From the NCBI GenBank assembly GCA_963664115.2, contig CAXWPJ010000009.1:1184001-1248000 (forward strand): a stretch of DNA of 64,000 nt. Reading direction: 5' to 3'. Source of the stretch: Terriglobia bacterium (GTDB lineage Bacteria; Acidobacteriota; Terriglobia; 20CM-2-55-15). Positions 1 to 9,817 of the stretch are shown piece by piece. Within the stretch, counting starts at the first letter, position 1. Each line of letters starts with the position of its first letter. The notes beneath the pieces were generated by a model, which was not told the origin of the DNA, searched no databases, and worked only from the letters and a program-made list of their open reading frames with translations. The position numbers and the translations under genes are program-made.

Positions 1-2
1 CA

Positions 3-821
3 AATCTCGATCTGCTCGTAAATTCAATCGGCTGCCAGGATTGTCGGCCCGCATTTGTTGAACGTCTCAAGGGGGAGATCGAAGCGAAAGCTTCCAGCCT
101 CTGTGGGGACTGCCGCCGCCGCGGCCAAGCCAATCCACTGCGGGTGTTCGACTGCAAGGTTCCCTCATGTCAGGACTTGATTGCGGCATTGCCTGCCATT
201 ACCGATAGTTTGTGCAACACCTGCCGCGACCACTTCGCAAAATTCTGCGGCTATCTGGATGATCGCAAGATTGCTTACCGTATCGAAAAGCGCATGGTTC
301 GCGGCTTGGACTATTACATGAGGACCACGATCGAAATAGTTTCTGGCGACCTCGGAGCGCAAGATACGCTCGTCGGCGGAGGGCGATATGACGGCCTGTT
401 CGAAGACCTCGACGGTCCGCCGATGAAAGGGTTTGGTTTCGCGATGGGTCTGGAACGGTTGATCCTTGCTATTCCCGAACCCGAAAAACTGTTTGCGGGA
501 CCTGGTCCGGACTATTTTCTGGCTACGATCGGCGATGAAGCTTTCACCTACGCTACGCTCCTGGCGCAAAAGTTGCGTTCCAGAAATCGTGTCGTCTACC
601 TCGACTTTGATGCCCGGAGCCTGAAGAGCCAGATGCGTCTGGCCGGTAAACTCGCTGCGAAGAAGGTCATCATTATGGGTGAGGACGAGACCCGGTCGGG
701 GAAACTGACGGTTAGGGATATGAACAGTCGGGAACAGAAGGAAATGACAGCGGAGGAATTCTTCCGGGCTGTGGATGCGGTTGATCGCGGCGCCGATCCT
801 GACTTGGCTGAGAAGTTGTGA
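3..821 (+). CDS. hisS: Histidine--tRNA ligase (5'-truncated by window edge)
   Basis: Frame open from base 3; motifs [24 protein letters not shown] and C-terminal anticodon-binding domain; overlaps the aspS start. Confidence 0.96.
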   Translation, partial: NLDLLVNSIGCQDCRPAFVERLKGEIEAKASSLCGDCRRRGQANPLRVFDCKVPSCQDLIAALPAITDSLCNTCRDHFAKFCGYLDDRKIAYRIEKRMVRGLDYYMRTTIEIVSGDLGAQDTLVGGGRYDGLFEDLDGPPMKGFGFAMGLERLILAIPEPEKLFAGPGPDYFLATIGDEAFTYATLLAQKLRSRNRVVYLDFDARSLKSQMRLAGKLAAKKVIIMGEDETRSGKLTVRDMNSREQKEMTAEEFFRAVDAVDRGADPDLAEKL

Positions 822-2584
822 GTACCGAATCCATGCGAACGCATAGTTGTGGTGAGTTGACAGTTGCCGACGAGGGCAACGAAGTTTCACTGTCCGGCTG
901 GGTCGACCGCCGCCGCGATCACGGGCAGCTCGTTTTCATCGATTTGAGGGACCGTGCGGGTATTACGCAGATTGTTTTCAACCCGGAGCGCGACTCCCAA
1001 TCGCATGGTATTGCCAAGGACCTCCGCTCAGAGTTCGTGATCGGCGTGCGCGGCCGGGTGCGCCGGCGAGACGACGACATGATCAATCCGAATTTAAAAA
1101 CCGGTGAGATTGAAGTCGCGGCTGAGGAGGTGGTCGTTTTCAATGAGGCCAGAACGGTACCTTTTCCGATCGAAGACGACATAACGACCTCGGAAGACTT
1201 GCGGTTGAAATACCGTTACCTGGATTTACGGCGCAACCAAATGAAGCAGAATTTTCACCTGCGCCATCGCGTCATGATGGTTATACGGAACTACATGAGT
1301 CGTGCTGGTTTCTGGGAAGTCGAGACCCCGTACCTGACCAAGTCGACACCCGAGGGCGCCCGCGATTATCTGGTGCCCAGTCGGCTTTCTCACGGACAGT
1401 TTTATGCGCTGCCGCAATCTCCACAGTTGTTCAAGCAACTCCTGATGATTTCGGGATTCGAAAAGTACTTTCAGGTAGTGCGTTGTTTTCGAGATGAAGA
1501 TCTCCGTGCCGACCGTCAGCCCGAATTCACCCAATTAGACGTCGAGATGTCGTTTCCTGAGCAGGACAGTTTCTTCTCTCAGATGGAAGGCCTTATGGCT
1601 GAAGTTTTCCGGGGTGAAGGTATTGAGGTTTCGGTTCCGTTCCCCAGGATGGGTTTCGAAGAAGCGATGGATCGCTATGGGAGCGACAAACCGGATACGC
1701 GCTTCGGAGTCGAACTGCAGGATCTCAGTGCCATTTTTGCTGATGGCGATGAGTCCCTGTTTCGAGGAATCGTCGAAAAAGGACAGACGGTTCGCGGATT
1801 CCTCGCGCCTGTGGCATATTCGCGGAAGATCCTGGATGAACTCGACGCTTTTATCAAACAGCTGGGTGGAGCTGGTATTGCGTGGGTCGAGGTGACCGAG
1901 GGCGACCCGCGGACCCTGCCTGTAGTGAAGAAAGCGGGCGCCGAGTCTATAGCAAAACTGATCAGCCAGACAGGTGCAAACCCGGGGCAGACCATCTTTA
2001 TGCTGGCTGGGGAACGGATTGCCACACTGGAGAAACTGGGAAGTCTCCGGCTCGAGCTCGCCAGGCGGGAAAACTGGATCCCAAAAGGTGTTTGGCATTT
2101 TCTCTGGGTGGTCGACTTTCCACTGTTCGAATACGACGCGACCGAGAAACGCTGGGCGTCGCGCCACCATCCATTCACCGCGCCTGTAGAAGAAGACCTG
2201 CCGTTACTCGAAAGCGAACCCGGCCGTGTCCGAGCCCGTGCCTATGACCTTGTCCTCAACGGCCTCGAATGTGCCGGCGGCTCAGTCAGGATCCACAGGA
2301 GCGAGGTGCAGTCGCGAATCTTTCATACGTTGGGTCTTAAGGATGATGAGGTCCGGGAGAAGTTTGGATTTTTTCTTGAAGCTCTGGAGTACGGTGCTCC
2401 TCCGCACGGCGGCATCGCCTTCGGTCTCGACCGTATCATCATGTTGCTCGCCGGAGGCACCTCGCTGCGGGACGTCATCGCGTTCCCGAAAACCGCTCGC
2501 GCCATCGACATGATGTCGGGCAGCCCATCGTCGGTTGATGAGGCTCAATTGAAAGAATTGGGGCTCCGTATTCGAAAGAGCTAG
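818..2584 (+). CDS. aspS: Aspartate--tRNA ligase
   Basis: [59 protein letters not shown]. Confidence 0.98.
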   Translation: MSTESMRTHSCGELTVADEGNEVSLSGWVDRRRDHGQLVFIDLRDRAGITQIVFNPERDSQSHGIAKDLRSEFVIGVRGRVRRRDDDMINPNLKTGEIEVAAEEVVVFNEARTVPFPIEDDITTSEDLRLKYRYLDLRRNQMKQNFHLRHRVMMVIRNYMSRAGFWEVETPYLTKSTPEGARDYLVPSRLSHGQFYALPQSPQLFKQLLMISGFEKYFQVVRCFRDEDLRADRQPEFTQLDVEMSFPEQDSFFSQMEGLMAEVFRGEGIEVSVPFPRMGFEEAMDRYGSDKPDTRFGVELQDLSAIFADGDESLFRGIVEKGQTVRGFLAPVAYSRKILDELDAFIKQLGGAGIAWVEVTEGDPRTLPVVKKAGAESIAKLISQTGANPGQTIFMLAGERIATLEKLGSLRLELARRENWIPKGVWHFLWVVDFPLFEYDATEKRWASRHHPFTAPVEEDLPLLESEPGRVRARAYDLVLNGLECAGGSVRIHRSEVQSRIFHTLGLKDDEVREKFGFFLEALEYGAPPHGGIAFGLDRIIMLLAGGTSLRDVIAFPKTARAIDMMSGSPSSVDEAQLKELGLRIRKS

Positions 2585-2607
2585 ACAGAACGAAAGGTAG
2601 GGGTTTC

Positions 2608-2686
2608 AACACGAAGACACGAAGGGCACGAAGTCAGTATTTATTTCCGGAATACAGATTCCTTCGTGCTACTTCGTTATCTTCGT
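2608..2686. repeat. Intergenic long imperfect palindrome built from 9-nt periodic units (ACACGAAG.../...CTTCGTG)
   Basis: acacgaagacacgaagggcacgaag mirrored by cttcgtgctacttcgttatcttcgtgtt between aspS and mutL. Confidence 0.7.
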
Positions 2687-2717
2687 GTTAAAAATTTTCT
2701 TCCGAGAGCGCTGACTC

Positions 2718-4529
2718 ATGTCAAAAATAGCGGTCCTGTCCGATTCCGTCGCCAATCAGATCGCTGCCGGTGAAGTCGTCGAGAGACCTTCGTCGATCGT
2801 CAAAGAATTGATCGAGAATGCGATCGACGCGGGTGCAAAGAAGATTGCCGTCGAAGTGCGCGGAGGCGGGCGGGCCTGGATTCAGGTTATCGATGACGGG
2901 GAGGGAATGAGCCGGGAAGATGCCGAGCTTTCCTTCCAGCGGCACGCGACCAGTAAGCTCCACGAAACAGAGGATCTGCTCTCGATCCGGACTCTCGGTT
3001 TTCGGGGCGAGGCGCTACCCTCGATTGGCTCCGTGGCCCGGGTCCGACTGGAGACGCAGACACGGGATCAATCGGTAGGCACAGCTCTTGAGATCGCTGC
3101 CGGCGAGGTGGTTTCCCTTCGAGACGGGGCCTTCCCACCGGGAACGCAGGTGAGTGTCGAGGATGTGTTCTACAACGTTCCCGCGAGACGCAAGTTTCTC
3201 AAATCGGAATCCTACGAACTCAGTCAAATAACCGCGCACTGCACGCGCTACGCGCTGGCGTTTCCAAAGATTCACTTTGTTCTCAAGAGCGGGAATTTTG
3301 AAGTGTTGTCGGCGCCGCCCGCCCCGAACTTCCGGGAACGGATCTTTCAGGTATTCGGGGGTGATCTGCTCGACGAACTGGTCGAGTTCGAGAAGGACTT
3401 CTCAGGCTCAGGCCTGAAAGTGCACGTATTCACTTCTCGACCGCAGGTGCAGAAATTCAACAGGAATTCGATGTTTTTCTTTGTGAACGGGCGTGCGGTC
3501 CGGGAGCCGGCAATTTTACATGCCTACAATGAGGCATATCGGAACATCCTGCCGTCGCGCACATTCCCTGTGACTATTCTCTATGTTGTCACTCGGCATC
3601 GGGATATAGACGTCAACGTCCATCCGGCCAAAACCGAAGTGCGGTTCAGGCAACGCTCGGTGGTCCATGACGCGATTCGTGACACCGTCCTCGAAGCGCT
3701 CCGTTCGGACAAGACTATTGTGCCTATGGTCTCGGACGCTCCTTTGTCATCCGGCTATTCAGCCCCCCGTCTGCGCAGCCGCGTTCCGGAATCGTGGGGC
3801 AGCGGGCCCATTGCCAGAGAACCTCTTTCGGACTCTCCCGCGGTGCTCGATTATTCTGACCGGCGCACACTGGATCTCAGCTTCGAGACGGCCCAGGCCA
3901 CTGTGGGTGGTGGAGCTTCCTCAGAAAGCCTTGTGCCGGACTTCGACTTTGTTCGAAAGGAGATTCAAGCACTCGGGCAGTTGAAGGACAGCTTCATCAT
4001 CGCCTGTGACAGCAGTGGTTTGATCGTGATCGACCAGCATGTCGCCCACGAACGGGTTCTGTTCGAAAACTATGTCCGGGAGAGGGGCGCGGACCGTGTC
4101 GAGGTCCAGCGTCTGTTGACACCCATTCTGCTGGAGCTGTCACCCGAACAGGAAGTTCGCCTCGAAAGCGTTCGTCCCGAGCTCGCGCGTAACGGGTTTG
4201 AAATCGCGCCCTTTGGGCCTCGCACTCTGGCTGTCACGACGGCTCCTGCCATTCTCAAGGCGGGAGCGGTTGAGAAACTGCTTCGCGAACTCATCGACGG
4301 GCTCGAGCCCGACAGTCAGAGCCTCGATATCGAGGACTTCCAGAAAAAAATTGCGGCTACCGTGGCCTGTCATGCCGCAATCAAGATCAACAATCCGCTG
4401 GATAGTGTTAAGATGCGGTGGCTCGTTGGCGAACTCATGAAGACCGACTGTCCAACGGTATGCCCACACGGACGTCCGATCATCGTGAGGTACGACCTCA
4501 GAGAGATTCAGAAGGCGTTTAAAAGGTGA
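2718..4529 (+). CDS. mutL: DNA mismatch repair endonuclease MutL
   Basis: NQIAAGEVVERP, HATSK, GFRGEALPSI, DVNVHPAKTEV, DQHVAHER, CPHGRP. Confidence 0.98.
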   Translation: MSKIAVLSDSVANQIAAGEVVERPSSIVKELIENAIDAGAKKIAVEVRGGGRAWIQVIDDGEGMSREDAELSFQRHATSKLHETEDLLSIRTLGFRGEALPSIGSVARVRLETQTRDQSVGTALEIAAGEVVSLRDGAFPPGTQVSVEDVFYNVPARRKFLKSESYELSQITAHCTRYALAFPKIHFVLKSGNFEVLSAPPAPNFRERIFQVFGGDLLDELVEFEKDFSGSGLKVHVFTSRPQVQKFNRNSMFFFVNGRAVREPAILHAYNEAYRNILPSRTFPVTILYVVTRHRDIDVNVHPAKTEVRFRQRSVVHDAIRDTVLEALRSDKTIVPMVSDAPLSSGYSAPRLRSRVPESWGSGPIAREPLSDSPAVLDYSDRRTLDLSFETAQATVGGGASSESLVPDFDFVRKEIQALGQLKDSFIIACDSSGLIVIDQHVAHERVLFENYVRERGADRVEVQRLLTPILLELSPEQEVRLESVRPELARNGFEIAPFGPRTLAVTTAPAILKAGAVEKLLRELIDGLEPDSQSLDIEDFQKKIAATVACHAAIKINNPLDSVKMRWLVGELMKTDCPTVCPHGRPIIVRYDLREIQKAFKR

Positions 4530-4650
4530 AAAAGCCTCCGGGCGGGTTGACCCTGCGCTTTCAGGAGTTGACTTGGCTCCTTGCTCCAGCGAGAATCCAA
4601 TAGTCATTTATGGCTCGTTAGTGTAGACACTTTCATTAGGAGGACCTGGT

Positions 4651-4965
4651 ATGGCCGGTAAGATGACGCAGACGCAAATAATCGCCGCGCTGGCGGAGAA
4701 GACGAATGTATCGAAGAAGGAAGCTAAGGAGTTTCTTGTCTCCGTGGCAGACTTGGCTCATAAGGAAACCAAGAAGAACGGCGAGTTCACGTTGCCCGGC
4801 CTCGGGAAACTGGTGAAGCAGAAAAGAAAAGCCCGCACCGGACGTAATCCCGCGACTGGCGAGGCAATCAAAATTCCTGCTAAGACCGTGCTGAAATTCC
4901 GGATCGCCAAAGCAGCGAAAGATGCCGTTCTGGGTGCGGCTGCTGCGAAGAAGAAAAAGCGGTAA
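4651..4965 (+). CDS. HU-family DNA-binding protein
   Basis: KARTGRNPATGEAIKIPAK signature; AGGAGG RBS upstream. Confidence 0.93.
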   Translation: MAGKMTQTQIIAALAEKTNVSKKEAKEFLVSVADLAHKETKKNGEFTLPGLGKLVKQKRKARTGRNPATGEAIKIPAKTVLKFRIAKAAKDAVLGAAAAKKKKR

Positions 4966-4986
4966 ATCTCTAGAAATCCTATCGCG

Positions 4987-5022
4987 ACTGGGGCCCATGC
5001 TGTCACGGGCCCCAGTTTCTTT
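4987..5022 (+). terminator. Intrinsic terminator after the HU gene
   Basis: Stem ACTGGGGCCC / GGGCCCCAGT followed by TTCTTT. Confidence 0.7.
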
Positions 5023-5056
5023 AGATTCCTCCCGCTTGTGCGGTGCCTGTACCGTA

Positions 5057-5524
5057 TTAAGAAGCGGCTTGGCGTCCTCCCTCCGGGCGCGAAGGAATGA
5101 GTGTCCCCATCGTCCAGCCGATTACGGCCGCAACGATTCCAAAAACGCAATTGGCCACCAGGCCTCCAGCCCGAATCCCCATAGCTGTCATGAAACCGAC
5201 CGGCGCGTCCTGGTTCAGTGCAGTGGGGAAGTTGAAGTGCGTCCCGCCCATAGGGTAGGACACGATGGTCCCAACGATGATCAAGATCTGGGACACCAGA
5301 ACGATCATGAGGCCGACTTGAATCGCACCCCCGATACCATGTCCCTTGTATCTCCGGCCAACTGCCGGCCAGATCAGCGCCAGGTGGATTTGGAGCGTCA
5401 CCATCGAGAACACTTGAACGCCGGTTTGATAAGAGGCTCCAGTTATGCTGAGAATCAGTTTTCCCAGGAAGAAAATCAGGAGCAGAAGTGCCGGCAGGGT
5501 GATGAACTGAGCTTTTTCTTTCAT
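5057..5524 (-). CDS. Hypothetical membrane protein (about 4 TM segments)
   Basis: 155-aa hydrophobic ORF with GAGGAG RBS. Confidence 0.7.
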   Translation of the reverse strand: MKEKAQFITLPALLLLIFFLGKLILSITGASYQTGVQVFSMVTLQIHLALIWPAVGRRYKGHGIGGAIQVGLMIVLVSQILIIVGTIVSYPMGGTHFNFPTALNQDAPVGFMTAMGIRAGGLVANCVFGIVAAVIGWTMGTLIPSRPEGGRQAAS

Positions 5525-5835
5525 GGATCTCCTCGTCGGATAGAGCTTGGGCCATAGGGGACGGGCGCGTCATATTGGACATCAAAGTGAGTAGCCGCCG
5601 GAACGAAATAAGACCAAATGTGCGTCCGTCGTATAGCGCGGATTGTATAGGGTGGATTGTACGTCAGCGGGTGGGAAGAGCGGAAGCTGAGGTAGTGCGG
5701 CCCAGTGCACAGGGCTGCCATCAGGAGTTCGGTGTGTAACTCCTATGGGACCAACATCTCTGGCCCGAGGACCGGCGTCTAGTTCGCGGGCTGGGCTCGA
5801 GTCGAATTCCAGCTGTTGAAGTCAGATCCCAAAAC

Positions 5836-6405
5836 AAAGAACTTACGGCCAACGCGCATGGTTCGAATCTTCTCTTCTTCGATGATTCGGCGGAAATGCC
5901 GGCTTGAGAATCCAGCCATCGACGCGGCGGTCGAGAGGTCGAGGACGTCACAGCTTCGCCCGTCTTGGCACGGACCTTCGGGATTTGGACTGTTACCGGA
6001 CCCAATCCCGTCTGCAGTTCGCGTTCCGGCAGATAACCGTTGCGTACCACCCCGGCGTTTCCTGTCTCAGTTCGCCGGCCACCGTGCTGGGATAGCAGCT
6101 CTGCCAATTCGGTCTTCCACTGCGCGTTGGATCAGTTGCTGTGCCCCAACTCGTAGTAGTTCTGTTAATCCTCAATCGTTTCTCGACCTTCCGGTCATTC
6201 ACGTTACTCTTGCTCACAGTGGCGTATCTCCTATGGTTGCTTTGAAGTTTTGTCACAACAAATTCCGCTCTTATTCAATCCCTCAAACACCAGATTCGGT
6301 TATAACTCAAAGAACTTACGGCCAACGCGCATGGTTCGAATCTTCTCTTCTTCGATGATTCGGCGGAAATGCCGGCTTGAGAATCCAGCCATTGACGCGG
6401 CGGTC
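5836..6405. repeat. 97-bp direct repeat (5836-5932 and 6309-6405, one mismatch)
   Basis: Direct comparison; the repeats flank an IS256 fragment. Confidence 0.92.
5945..6308 (-). pseudogene. IS256-family left end with frameshifted, truncated transposase 5' fragment
   Basis: ...ELLSQHGGRRTETGNAGVVRNGYLPERELQTGLGPVTVQIPKVR resembles IS256 N-termini; stops after about 90 codons. Confidence 0.8.
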
Positions 6406-6482
6406 TCGAGGAACATCTTATCTTGAGAACTCTGAGTTCCGTTTTGTGTTTTAGACATAATGTTTGGTCTCCCTGCCATCAT
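6300..6482 (-). pseudogene. Small helix-turn-helix (excisionase-like) gene interrupted by the IS256 fragment; native C-terminus at about 5778-5932
   Basis: FLETAASMAGFSSRHFRRIIEEEKIRTMRVGRKFF; the second repeat copy continues VLGSDFNSWNSTRAQPAN*. Confidence 0.6.
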
Positions 6483-7130
6483 CTAGAGCAAATTCGTTTC
6501 CAAAACTCGGGCTTCAGCTTCGGGCACCCTCATGCGATGGTCGAAAAGAAGACTTAGAACCGGACGAAGGCGCAAAGGCGATCTCTTTCCTCACAAGAAT
6601 TTCTCTCCCCGATATCTCTCCGAATCATCGCTCAGTCGGTCTTTCCGGTTGGAAATCGCGATCGCTGCGTCCATTGACGCGCGACGTGTCAGTTCAGACA
6701 CTGTGAAGAGATGCGCAAGCCGTTCCGGGCAGCCAGACCTTGAAAACGAAGGCATTGCCTGCCACAGTCCCTGCGATCCGGTGCCCGAGGTCGGGTCGTT
6801 CTAGAGTCAAGGCATTGACGATCGGGCCCTCGGAGGGTGTCAAGGTACTGACTCCACGACGGTATGGCCGACGATCACTGGCCCACTTCGTGGAGCCTCA
6901 CGCCTTCGAAAACTGCAAGCCTGCCTGATCAAGCCCTGGCCATCTGGCAACAGTCCGCAGTTAGGAAGCCAGGTTAACAACCCCTCCTCGGCTGCGGTTT
7001 TAGGCTGACTGCGACCAAGTTCCTGACAAACGGGTCAAATCTTTGGGCCGGAAACATCGATGGAGGGCGCAAATCGTTGACCCAGTTGGGTAAAACTTTG
7101 GAAGAAGGTGTGCTTTTCAATTGAGTAGCA

Positions 7131-8570
7131 ATGATGGGACCGGAGCGCCTTCAAAAGTACTACTCTCGTCTGCGTCTTGAAGACGCGGATGTCGTGTTGC
7201 ATTATGGTTGGGGGACAGGTGATTGCGCCGAGATACTTCGCGAACGCGCAAAACCCACCGCATCGATCATTGTGTTTGAACCCGACGAGGGGCTTTTCAG
7301 GCGGTCGCGTTCGGTGCGTGATCGGCGCTTCAAGTTCGTTGTGGGATCAAGCGTGCCTCGTTTCTTTTCAGATTGGGGCCTCGGAGCTTGCGGTGACACA
7401 GATAATTTTCTCTGGATAGACGCGCCAGGCCAGGGAGGAAACAGCGATGCCGCGGCGTCATTGAAACTTCAGTTCAAGACCTACCTGAGAGACCGCGCCG
7501 CAAACCTGCTCACACACTTTCGAAATGGCCCGCTGTATTTCGAGCACGCAATGCGGAACATTGTGTATCAGAGCGACTCCGACGTGGGCCGCTTGTTCGG
7601 GAGTTTCCGCAACACTCCGCTCGTCCTAGTGTCGGCAGGTCCGTCGTTGGATTCCAATGTCCACCAACTACGTGGCATGGGAGATCGATGTTTCATTCTT
7701 TCGGTCGATACTGCACTGCGTCCCTTGTTGTCGGCAGGCGTTACGCCTCATGCCGTCATCATTGCCGACCCGAGCCAGGAAAACGCGCGACATGTCGCGG
7801 GCGCCATACCCCCGGCGACTTGTCTGATCGCAGAACAAGCCGTTCATCCGTCGGTGCTCGAGGGCGTGACGAAGCGATTTCTGTTTGGACTCGGCATGTT
7901 TCCAGATTCCCTGTTTGAAAAATTCGGATTCGGCAAATCGCGGCTTGAAGCGTGGGGGTCCGTCGCTACAACGGCGCTGGACCTGGCTTGCCGTATGGAA
8001 GCAAGCCCTGTCATTTTTGTGGGTCAGGACTTCGCTTACTCCTGGAATCGCGAATATGCCAGCCACACGATTTATCACGGCGCTTATTTTGATGTCCTCG
8101 AGAAGGGCAAAGCCCGCACTCGAGACATCTACGGTGAGCTTGCGTACACGACTGAAAACCTCATCGCCTATCGAGATTATTTTGTCCGTCGCATGAGAGA
8201 ATCCTCCAAAATTCGTTTCATTAACGCAACCGAAGGTGGAATTCTTACAGAAGGCGCGGAAATCCTTCCTCTCCGAGACGCTCTGGGGGCACATCTCGCC
8301 AGTAGCGGTCATGCCAGAGATACCCTCGACAGCCGTCATCGTCCATCCGAGCTGTCTAACGAAGCGCTCCCTCATCTGATGAACGTTCTGAAGTCAGGTC
8401 GGGACGATTGTGACTGTCTCGGCGCATTTCTAGAACTCACCGCAAAGGAACATCTGTTGAGAAACAACGACGTCGAGATCGAAAAAAAGATCGAATGGGG
8501 AGCCCAATTCCTGGACTCAATAATCCTGGCGAGTGGGTTCTCTGCGGAGGGGATGAAGAGTCATCCTTGA
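7131..8570 (+). CDS. Motility-associated factor (Maf / DUF115, MptE-like) glycosyltransferase
   Basis: LVSAGPSLD, SVDTALRPL, GSVATTALDLA, IFVGQDFAY, FINATEGG. Confidence 0.88.
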   Translation: MMGPERLQKYYSRLRLEDADVVLHYGWGTGDCAEILRERAKPTASIIVFEPDEGLFRRSRSVRDRRFKFVVGSSVPRFFSDWGLGACGDTDNFLWIDAPGQGGNSDAAASLKLQFKTYLRDRAANLLTHFRNGPLYFEHAMRNIVYQSDSDVGRLFGSFRNTPLVLVSAGPSLDSNVHQLRGMGDRCFILSVDTALRPLLSAGVTPHAVIIADPSQENARHVAGAIPPATCLIAEQAVHPSVLEGVTKRFLFGLGMFPDSLFEKFGFGKSRLEAWGSVATTALDLACRMEASPVIFVGQDFAYSWNREYASHTIYHGAYFDVLEKGKARTRDIYGELAYTTENLIAYRDYFVRRMRESSKIRFINATEGGILTEGAEILPLRDALGAHLASSGHARDTLDSRHRPSELSNEALPHLMNVLKSGRDDCDCLGAFLELTAKEHLLRNNDVEIEKKIEWGAQFLDSIILASGFSAEGMKSHP

Positions 8571-9683
8571 AGGGCTCACCGCTTCTCGATTGGCGAGGGC
8601 GTCGGCGTAATTCGGAAAACGCTCCAGACTTTTGGTAAATAACTCCTCGGCCGCGGCTCGGTCCCCGCGCTTTGCTTTCGCAACTCCAAGATTGTTTGCG
8701 CCCTCGGCCGTTTCATGAATTGATTCGGCGCGTTCAAAGCAGGCCTCAGCCTCGGACCACATCTCCAACATTGACATCGCGGATCCTCGGAAAAACGCCA
8801 CGCGCCAGCCCTCTGGCATCGGACATGGACCGGACGGCTCAAGCACCTCACTGCCGTCAACGACCATCGACTCGGCGAGCGACACAAACTCCAGAACTCT
8901 TTCGAACTCGCGGCGAAACAGGGCCATCGAGGCAAGCCCCCACGCGGTAACGCGTGCATCATGACCGGACTTCTGAAACAGCGTTCTCACCGAGTCGTAT
9001 TCGTGTTTCAGCAGGCATGCGCGATACATGTCGAGCTGGTTTTTCCGCTGGCGTGACAGGCTGGATGGATAGGCGTATACACGGTAGCCCGGCTCGTTGA
9101 TCAAGCAGAACTTGGCTCCGGCGGCCACTGCACGGAGCACAAAATCCATGTCCTCCCCACCATGCAGGTTTGGATCGAAACTGATCCGCCTCGCGAACTC
9201 CGTCCGAAAAACATGACAACCGACGCCCTGCAGGTAATTCCGCTCGAAGAGCCGGGCAAGGGGCTGACGCCCTTTCAGAAATTCTGGAATCGTCAGCCGT
9301 GTCAGAAACTCGGAAGCGGCGCCGTCGAAGAGTTCGATCGTGTCGCTTGCCACATCCGCATCGTCACGGCACAGGGCGGCGACAAGCCTCTCCGCGCGTC
9401 CCGGAAGCAGTTCGTCGTCCGCATCCAACCAGACGCCGAAAGGCGTCGAGATCGCGTCGAGGCCCGTCTGCCGGGTGTGCCCGAGACTCGTGTGCTTGGA
9501 CGGGCGAACAATTTTCAGGCGATCCCCTCCGACTGAACTCGCGCGTTCAACCGTATCGTCCTCTGAAAAGTCATCGACGAGGATTACCTGGCAATCGTCC
9601 TGGAGCATCGCCGAACGAACAGCTCGCTCAATCGTTGCGGAAGCGTTTCTCGCTGGAACCAGGATTGTGGCAGACGTGCGCAT
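8517..9683 (-). CDS. GT2 glycosyltransferase with C-terminal TPR-like repeats
   Basis: ILVPARNA, VDDFSEDDT, WLDADD, GEDMDF; TPR-like ANNLGVAKAKRG. Confidence 0.88.
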   Translation of the reverse strand: MRTSATILVPARNASATIERAVRSAMLQDDCQVILVDDFSEDDTVERASSVGGDRLKIVRPSKHTSLGHTRQTGLDAISTPFGVWLDADDELLPGRAERLVAALCRDDADVASDTIELFDGAASEFLTRLTIPEFLKGRQPLARLFERNYLQGVGCHVFRTEFARRISFDPNLHGGEDMDFVLRAVAAGAKFCLINEPGYRVYAYPSSLSRQRKNQLDMYRACLLKHEYDSVRTLFQKSGHDARVTAWGLASMALFRREFERVLEFVSLAESMVVDGSEVLEPSGPCPMPEGWRVAFFRGSAMSMLEMWSEAEACFERAESIHETAEGANNLGVAKAKRGDRAAAEELFTKSLERFPNYADALANREAVSPSRMTLHPLRREPTRQDY

Positions 9684-9786
9684 CGCTTCGAGTACAGCAA
9701 AGTCAGATTATTGACGATTCAAGCATTGTTCAATCAAGACAATGACATAGTTCGGTTCGAACTGCGGTCAAACACGAGAGTTATCT

Positions 9787-9804
9787 TTGGCAATTCGATT
9801 GCCA
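9787..9804. promoter_or_regulatory. Near-palindromic sigma54-like -24/-12 element readable on both strands
   Basis: TTGGCAATTCGATTGCCA gives GG-N10-GC on both strands, between divergent genes. Confidence 0.45.
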
Positions 9805-9817
9805 CAACTCAAGTCGC

